This document shows positions 56,301 to 64,000 of a stretch of DNA of 64,000 bases, in pieces. The stretch is from NCBI GenBank assembly GCA_907165135.1, contig OU015567.1:9610001-9674000 (forward strand), given 5' to 3'. The notes under the pieces are model-generated. The model was not told the origin of the DNA. It did no database searches and saw only the letters and a list, made by a program, of their open reading frames with translations. Positions within the stretch are counted from its first letter, which is position 1. Every line of letters begins with the position of its first letter. The stretch comes from Oikopleura dioica. Lineage: Eukaryota > Animalia > Chordata. A program made the translations under genes and the position numbers.

Positions 56301-56920
56301 AAAAGACCTTCTTTTTTAAATCAATGAGGAAAACTGCAAGAAACAAGCGGAAGTCATTTTTTGTTTATATGATTTTATTATCAATTCTCCAATCAATAAA
56401 TTAAGCATCGTTTTTTTTGTTTGTATGTTTGAAATTGGGCAAACTAGGATACTGTAATGTTTATCCTAAGCGACAGTTTGGGTTTCTGTACAGCAGTTTT
56501 GTTTGAAACTGGGTGTTTTGGCGTTTTTATATGTTTTTTCGCAGTGAGAAGATGATTTGAATTTTTGGTGATAATTTCCGGGCTATTTTTGGGCTTGAAA
56601 CACAGTTTTGAAGCATAATAAAAGTCTGGAACTAGACTGGAGCAGTAAAAAATTGGTAAGACAAAGTTATTTTGAATGAAACAAAATAAGAAGGATCTGG
56701 CTCTCTACAAGTTTTTAAAGCGGAATTTATCGAATTTTAGCACTGTTCTTGTTTTGTAGGGATAAAGAAGGGTTGCCTCAGAAGTTTGACATTTGTTTTT
56801 ATTTGGGCGTTCTATTTGTTTCGTTTGGGCTTTGCTGTTTACTTTGTTTTTGTTTAATGGGCTAAGGTGGTATTTGCTGGGCATCTGTTTTAAGCTGGTG
56901 GGGAAATGTTCATTGGGCGA

Positions 56921-59900
56921 CTACGGCGTTGACGGAGAAATCGGAGGCGTCGGGTATCTTCGATTCGGACATTTGCGACGGGTGCTCCGGTGAAGGGGTT
57001 TTAGAGCAGTTGCCTTCGCTCGAGTTTCCAGAGCTGGTGCCAGAGGAGTTTGCGAGGGCTTTGTCGGGGAATGGGAGCTAAAAGGACGAGTTAGAAAAGG
57101 TTTCAACGGAATTTTGTTGCCCAGAGTTGGGGCCTATATGAGCCATCAAAAACATGCGACCTTTGGATCAATAAACGTCCGAAAATGTCAAATTATCAAG
57201 AGGAGGCTACATAAATCAATTGGAATGAAATGCTTACCCTCGACTCTTTCTCGTCAGAATCGGTGCAGCAATGAGTCTCCTCGTTGCCAAGCTCCATTCC
57301 GTTTTCTTTCTTGCCATCAAAGGAGTTGGACCGCGCGCGGCAAAAGGACTTCTCGTGTTCTTTCATCGTTGAGCGTCTTGGGAAGCGTTTTCCGCAATAT
57401 TGGCAAGCTGAAAATTTTGAGTTTAAAATACAAATTCATTGATTAGAGCTAATTAGTCAAAGTCAGAAAAGATCAATGGAACTTACCGAATGGCTTTTCT
57501 CCCGTGTGAACTCGCTCGTGAGCCATGACGTCCGTTCGCTGGATGAAGGCTTTGTTGCAAAATCTTAAGATCCGTTTTAAGATTGATGGGGATCAAGGAG
57601 GAGTACAAACCTGCATCGGAAGGGTTTGTCACCGCGGTGGATCCTCTCGTGTCGAAGGAGGTTTCCGCGAAGACTGAATGTTCTTCCGCAAAGAGAGCAA
57701 GCAAAGGGCCCCTTGTAATTGACTTTATAATGAGTTTTATGAATGAAAGTTAAACCTTGTCTTTCGATCCTTTTCCATCAGAGGGAGCTCGATTTTGGTT
57801 GACATTCATTCCGGGAACAGGAGATCGCCCAACCGGGGAGATCATCGCAGATCGCTGGACGTTTTTGAGGGCATCCAGGGAGTTTGTTGTGAGAAACGGG
57901 TTCGGCTAAACGTTGAGTTAGATAAAATCATTGATTCATTGTATTCAAGCTATTTTGCAGCTTGAGAAATAGCTCTGGACTAATGAGCAGATAAGAATGT
58001 TGTGCGTTAATTTTCAGAATTCGCGAAGCGTGAAGAAAAAATTAAGTGGCACCGGTTTTTTTTAAGGATATAGCCTATGAAATTGAACTTTCATAGCGCC
58101 TAAATGCGACGTCGGATCATTTTATTTCAAAAGCAATCCTATCTAAAAATGTGCGCAGAACTCGATTCTGGTACTTTTTTAAAAATTCTAATTCGAATTT
58201 TTCTCTGTAGAGCGTTTTGAAATCTTACGATCGCGTTTTCTCGAAATTTTTACATTAAATCGGTGGAGTTTTTTTGATAGAAAGGTACTCTAGATCTTTA
58301 TCTACAAAATTGTGGGTTCGGTTTTCTCTAATTCCGACAAAAACCGATTTTAGAGCCATTTCCGTGAGGCTTCCCCGGCGCGTGAGTAGTGTAAAAAGCG
58401 CTGCGCGTGGTGCTCAATCTCTCGACTCCTCTTTCCCGAGAGAAAGTGCGCGTTTTAAAGAGCGCTCTGATTGGTTGGACCCAAAAAAGCGCGCATGGAA
58501 GAAAAACAGGAGCAAGAAAGAGGAAAACACTAGAATGAAAATTTGGACGAGTTTGAAAATTTTTCAGCCACAATATTCTAGTTTAGCATTTTGCTAATGC
58601 AGTCATTGGTTTAGTTTTAGCGATTTAATGTAAAAATTTCGAGAAATCGCGATCGTAAGATTTAAAAACGCTCTACAGAGAAAAATTCAAATGAAAATTT
58701 TTAAAAAAGTACCAGAATCGAGTTCTGCGCACATTTTTAGATAGGATTGCTTTTGAAATAAAATGATCCAACGTCGCATTTAAGCGCTATGAAAGTTTAA
58801 TTTCATAGGCTATATCCTTAATTTGGAATTTTTCCTCGGAAGGGATGGAATTTCAGCCGCCGGGCCGATTTCGTTTCCGAAGAAATTTTCCGCCTCAATG
58901 AGTTTGACAAGTGAGACCACTTCTTTCGTGATTCGAGTACCGCCGGTCATCTGCGGATCATCCAAGGGGCTCGGGAATCGATGGAACATGTAAAATTAAG
59001 TTCTGCACTTTGCTTTACTTTAATTTCCAGTTTATAATATTTTTTCTCAAAGGACTGATATAAATTCTCCATTATGAGCTTGTAAAATAGAGGCACTGAC
59101 TCGTTAATACAGTAAGATTAACAATCATCTATACAGTGAGCCTACAGACCTAGAACGAACTACTGATCCAATAGCTCAGATAAGCCAGCAAAAAGAAGCG
59201 ACCTTGGACACCCGTTGGCACCCTGCCAGCGTGTTGACGCAGTGGGGCTCATTATCCCTCGCAGTGGCTCATCCCCTTACCAGCGCGAGTACTAGCCCTA
59301 CTAGACTCGAGTGAGCTTGTTTCTATTGAAATTCGTCCCGCTCGTTGGCTGAGTGCCGACGCCTGGCCACTTTGGGAGCTGAAATCGATTCGTCTCAGCC
59401 GGCTCAACTAACTTTCCCACTCTAGGCCTGATTACCCATTACTCAGCCAGACTTTTACTGCTTATTTAAATTGATCCTAGGCACCTTAGGGATTATGTTC
59501 TGCTTCAGAATTACCTTTGGGGAGGAGCTCATTACTCCATTGGCTGTGTTGGGGAGAAGAAGGGGTAATGTTTGGGGTGTGAGCCCACGGTTTTGAAGGA
59601 CTTGGTTCCGCAAGTTTTGATGGAATAGTGGATTTCCATAAAGTCCCTGTAGTCCCATGGCTTGGAATGCAGGGGGAGTCTGGCCATTTTGACCGACAGC
59701 TGCTAAAAAAGAGTTAGACGGTTGTTTTTTAAGAAGTTTTGATTTACCTTGGGATCCCTGAGCTGACTGGATTTGCTGCGCCCGATGTTCCAAAAGCATT
59801 TCAATCGGGCTTTTTCTTCTTGGAGGCTCTTCTTGGTTGGCCCATTCGTTTCGATTGGGAGCATCGCCATCAGTAACATCAATGTCGCCTTCAGACTCGT

Positions 59901-61530
59901 CGATTTGGAGCTCGTCGTTGCCAGAAATGTCCGATGCTTCGGCGGATAAGTAGCGCTTGTTTCCAATGAGGCCGGCGGTATTCTAAATATTGAGATGAGG
60001 ATTTATGATTCGGACGAGTCGATGAGCAGAGAGACAGGTACCGCCTATTATCTTTATTTTGTTGAAAGGGGAGAGAGATGAGAGGCTGCTCAAACAAAGG
60101 GCTACTCGGCGGAAGCGCAAGCGTAAATACACTGTGCAAAGCGGGTTTACGAGGGGATGTTTCAGCCCTCCAGAGCCTCTAACTCCGCAAAATTTACTAA
60201 GGAAATACAACCCTCATTTATTATGAAGGCTTGTTGGGAGATGATAATAGTTAACTCATAGGGGGACTGAGAAGAAAAGTCTTGAAGAAAGTTACCTTAT
60301 CAACATCCATAGCTTCAGTTTTCATTTCGTTTGAGTGGTGTTCTAGTTCCTCGTCGGATTTCTCCCTTTGAGGTGGAGACTCAACCGAGTTCGCTTTTAT
60401 GGGCTCGCCAGAATGATGCGCATCCTCTGCGCCATTTTCAACCGAGGATGATGTGATGACGGAACACCTTTGATCGTGCGAAGACGCCACTCTGTGGAAC
60501 TAAAATAAGAGACATAAGAAAGGTATTTTTGTGTGTCTCAAACTTCTATCTGTTCTTACTTCAATGGTGATAATCGAAAAAAAAGTTGACTCAAGGTGAC
60601 GTACCTGATCTGGGCGTAAAGATAGGATAGACTGCATCTGAGGAACTCGCTGTAAATATGGGACTGGGGAGGGTTCAGAAGTATTGAGAAGCTTGCCAAC
60701 AGGAAAGTTGATTTTCTTGATCACGCTGGGTTTACTCAGCTCATCATCCTCCCGCGGCGTTACCTAATTAGCATTAGTTTTTCATTAATGAAAAGAAAAT
60801 CATGAGCATCCAGAAGATATTTGAAAGTATGACTTACTATCTCGCTTTTGGGCACATCATCAGGCTGCTTCCAAGACATGTTCAGATTGACGCCGCCCTT
60901 GTTGAGCGTAATTTTCTATTTTTCGGATCATCACGTGATCGTTAAATTTTTGCGCTCGTAAATTTGTCGGTTTTTTGAAAATACGTGGATTCCGAAAAAC
61001 ACGCTGATAATCGTAAAAATGTAAAATTTATGGAAAAAGAGCTTGCTTCAAAAAAGGGATGATTCGAAGCCTGGACCCATTGTGGCACATCGTACTGGTC
61101 CAAGTTGACGGCGGAAAGCGCCCAAACCACATCATCTGGAATGCCTTTTACGCCGAGGTCATAAGTCACTGCTTTCTCAGCTGCAGAACCTTCGTGAATC
61201 TTTTCCCCATTTTCTTTTTGCTGGAAGAGTTGCTGGTAGATGAGCGAACTTGCAAGGTTCAGCATCTGAGGTGAGCCGCGGGCGGCGTGCCCTGAAATCA
61301 AAAGTGAAAACCATAATCAACTGGTCGAAATGCTCTTCTGTACAAAAATCCGATTCCTTCCTCACGAAAAATGTAACATAAGCATATCCAGTATATTAAT
61401 CAATATCCATGAGAGTCGAAAATCGCAAACAAAAAACAATTTACCTTGGCTATGGTCAGAAACCAACTGCGTAATGTTGTAAGGAGGAATTTTCAAAAGA
61501 AGATCTTCAAGTTCCACTTCTTAGGGTTCG
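56921..61530 (-). CDS. C2H2 zinc-finger transcription factor, three C-terminal fingers; 5' end uncertain
   Basis: Spliced [31 protein letters not shown]|[26 protein letters not shown]|[23 protein letters not shown] (57230-57710). Upstream Q/S/P-rich exons (59505-60000, 60290-60500, 60600-60770, 61040-61270); the SSPK|gtaatt...tttag|PNPF join is in frame. Confidence 0.8.
58066..58817. mobile_element. Kolobok-like non-autonomous DNA transposon (752 bp) in a zinc-finger gene intron
   Basis: TTAA on both sides (58062-65, 58818-21), termini GGATATAGCCTATGAAA...TTTCATAGGCTATATCC, and near-perfect TIRs of about 200 bp. TTAA duplication with RR termini is the Kolobok signature. Confidence 0.8.
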
Positions 61531-64000
61531 ATTTCTTCTTGTCTGGTCTCTACTGTATCATTCTGAAAGTCAAAAAGTTACATAATTGTCTATGTCTGAA
61601 AAGTTGCGAGTGAACTGGTCTCTGAGACAAATCTCTCGCCTTGGCATTGACGTCAAAAAAGAGAAAAAGGGCCGTGTGGTGTGTACGTGAGTGAGTTCAG
61701 AGCCGCGCTGGCACTGAGCCAACCTCCAGACAAGCTAAGGGACGTGCTTCGGACTCGGGCCCGTGCGCGGACACTCTGCTCTCGGCCCCCGCGCGCCCTC
61801 CCCCGAGCAACAAGAGCCATTTGACCAACAATGGCCTCGATCCACCGAAGGATCATTGCTCATGTGATCCTCAATTCGAAGAAAGAGCGCGACTCCGAAT
61901 ATCCGCCATGTTATTCAATTATATCTTTTAACTCAAATATCCTAAATATAAGAAAATCATATTTTTCATATTAAAAATGTAACTATCAAAAATCAAATTC
62001 AAATTCATAAATCATTCAAATATTTTAAAATTGTTCAGCTTTCCGTACCCTCCTAAGGAAGTATCCTTAAGTCTCCTTATTAAATCTGGGTTGATTATTT
62101 TCGCTAATTTAACATGAAACTAACAACAAATAGTGCTGTGTATTCAACATGATAAGATTTTACGGGTGGCAGGTCATGAAACATGTGCTCTCCCCGATTC
62201 CGGGAAAACTGGAAGTGACCCAGAATATCGCGTGCGCGCTCAATTCAAATTTCACGCTTGGGATTTACAAGGATTTACGAGTGATATTTACTCGTAACAA
62301 TTTGATTCCATTTGTTGACCAGACCCGATTATTTTTAGAAGTGGTAATCTTTCTGGAGACATGGAGGAGAGCCCTAGAAATATGGATTTTTCTAATCTGT
62401 GGGATGGGAAATCGAGTCTGAAAGGCCTCCACTTTGGCACCCCTTGGAGCCCCATGTCAGTGTCTATATTGACAGTCTCCTCTTTTTCGCGTTTTTAATT
62501 TGGGTCTAGTTCACATCTACCACACCGCGCGGGACAATGGGATCATCCGCGCGCTCATCTCAGGTTTTACCCCGTCCTCCCGTTGGATCAGAGTCAACCC
62601 AGGGCCCCTTATGGCAAAAAAGGATGGGAAACGCGAATTATTTGCAAATATCAAACAGTGTCGGAGTCCGATGTTGACTGAACGCCAACGCGCGGATATC
62701 TTGAGCCACTTGGCAAATATAATGCATCTGGATTTTCATGACAGGTGATTCTTTTTACATCCCGCTTTTTTTAAATTGAATATTTAAAAGCTTATATTAA
62801 ATCGTATGCACTTACCAACTATAGAATGAAGAGGTTCTTCTGAGTCGTTTTGAAGCTGCGATCAGGATTCAAGCTCTCGATTGAATTCAGAATTCTACTG
62901 AAGCAGGTCAGTAGAAGTGTACGTATCGTCTTCGGAAAAAAAGCGTTCAAAAACTAGTCGATATTCTCCAGAAGTCCTGAGAGAGAAGTCTGGTGTGTCC
63001 TCAGTCTGGCTCGCTGCCAACGCGTAGCCTTGAACGCCTCTGGGCTCAGCGTGGGCTCAAGAGCGCCATCACGCGAATTTAACTAGCCACGAATTCAGCG
63101 AACTATATCTCTCTTACTCCACTTGACAAACTGAATTCTACCACACTCAGGCTGGTTGGGATGAGCTGAGATCTTGATCTTGTCTTTTCAAAAATTCAAT
63201 TTTTATACGCGGTCGAAATTCTGGATCAAAATCCGATAAAGCCGTCAGGGAATCTTCTTTATGAATATCTCAACAGCCAGTATAAGTGCTTGAAAGAATA
63301 GCAGTAAATACGGTGCAACTGATACTGACTATGATTATACATAAAATGTCCTCCATTGGAAATGGTCAATTTCACGAAAAAATGCGAAACATAGAATTCA
63401 GAAAGACACATTTATTTTCGTTCAAAAATAAAGTGCCCAAGCTACGCATTCGAGATCGTTCAACTAGACTCAAGGGCTGGCGCAGTGAAGTGTGGTACCA
63501 AAAGGCGGATGAGCTGAATACTTTTGAGCTGAAATTTTCGATTTTTTCAAGCTTCGGAAAACTCCGGGAACCATCAGATAATTTCAGGGTTAAATTAAAA
63601 TCTGAAGCTTTGGGATTTTCTTCGACTTTTAATGCAGTTTGAAATCAATGATTGTTGATTATGAGTTCATGAGTTTTTATTCTGTTGAGGAAACGAGCAG
63701 GAAAAGGTCAATCTTTGAATCTGGAATTGTCAAGGTTTGACCTTAGCAGTTGTCAGGTCGTTAGGTGATTTAGATTTTGCTCCGTGTCAGGCTGGCTCAT
63801 CCCTTTATTAGGTTTTGTGGTGATTAAAACTGATTTTTACGATTTCGCGTGAACCGCTTGTCTGACATGAGAGGCTCTTTGAACCTTTTTTTTACGAATT
63901 GGCCTCGTCATCCGAAACTCGTCTTTCTTCTTTCAACGAAGAAAGCTCCGTGCAGAGGATGTCCTTGGAAAAATTATGACTTACAAAGACATCAATCAAG

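Noticed and set aside
62149-63642. ORFs 62149-62421, 62500-62748 and 63286-63642
   Set aside because: No motifs or consistent splicing; they may be regulatory or intronic sequence upstream of the zinc-finger gene.

Overview
This is gene-dense animal genomic DNA with many 40-55 nt introns and probable GA-AG and GC-AG introns. That style suggests the appendicularian tunicate Oikopleura; this is an inference, not confirmed. Recognisable genes are LARP6, a CaMKI kinase, a GPI-type Thr-rich SEA mucin, an olfactomedin-domain gene, Nopp140/NOLC1, CFAP100/CCDC37-38, a galactose-3-O-sulfotransferase, a full ABCB11/BSEP-like transporter, Chibby and a C2H2 zinc-finger gene, plus several orphan multi-exon genes. 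Non-coding content includes a 2.9 kb 55/56-bp hairpin satellite and several non-autonomous DNA transposons: piggyBac-like, Kolobok-like, hAT-like, a foldback element with a nested MITE, and unclassified MITEs. The first standout is an olfactomedin gene (16779-19593, minus) with an in-frame LINE ORF1p-type coiled-coil/RRM module between a type II membrane anchor and the OLF domain, a candidate retrotransposon-domain domestication. The second is the ABCB11-like transporter, which has a roughly 215-aa, 10-Cys first extracellular loop and a natural Walker-B E-to-Q change paired with an LSRGQ signature. All gene models were spliced and translated by hand, and no database searches were run.
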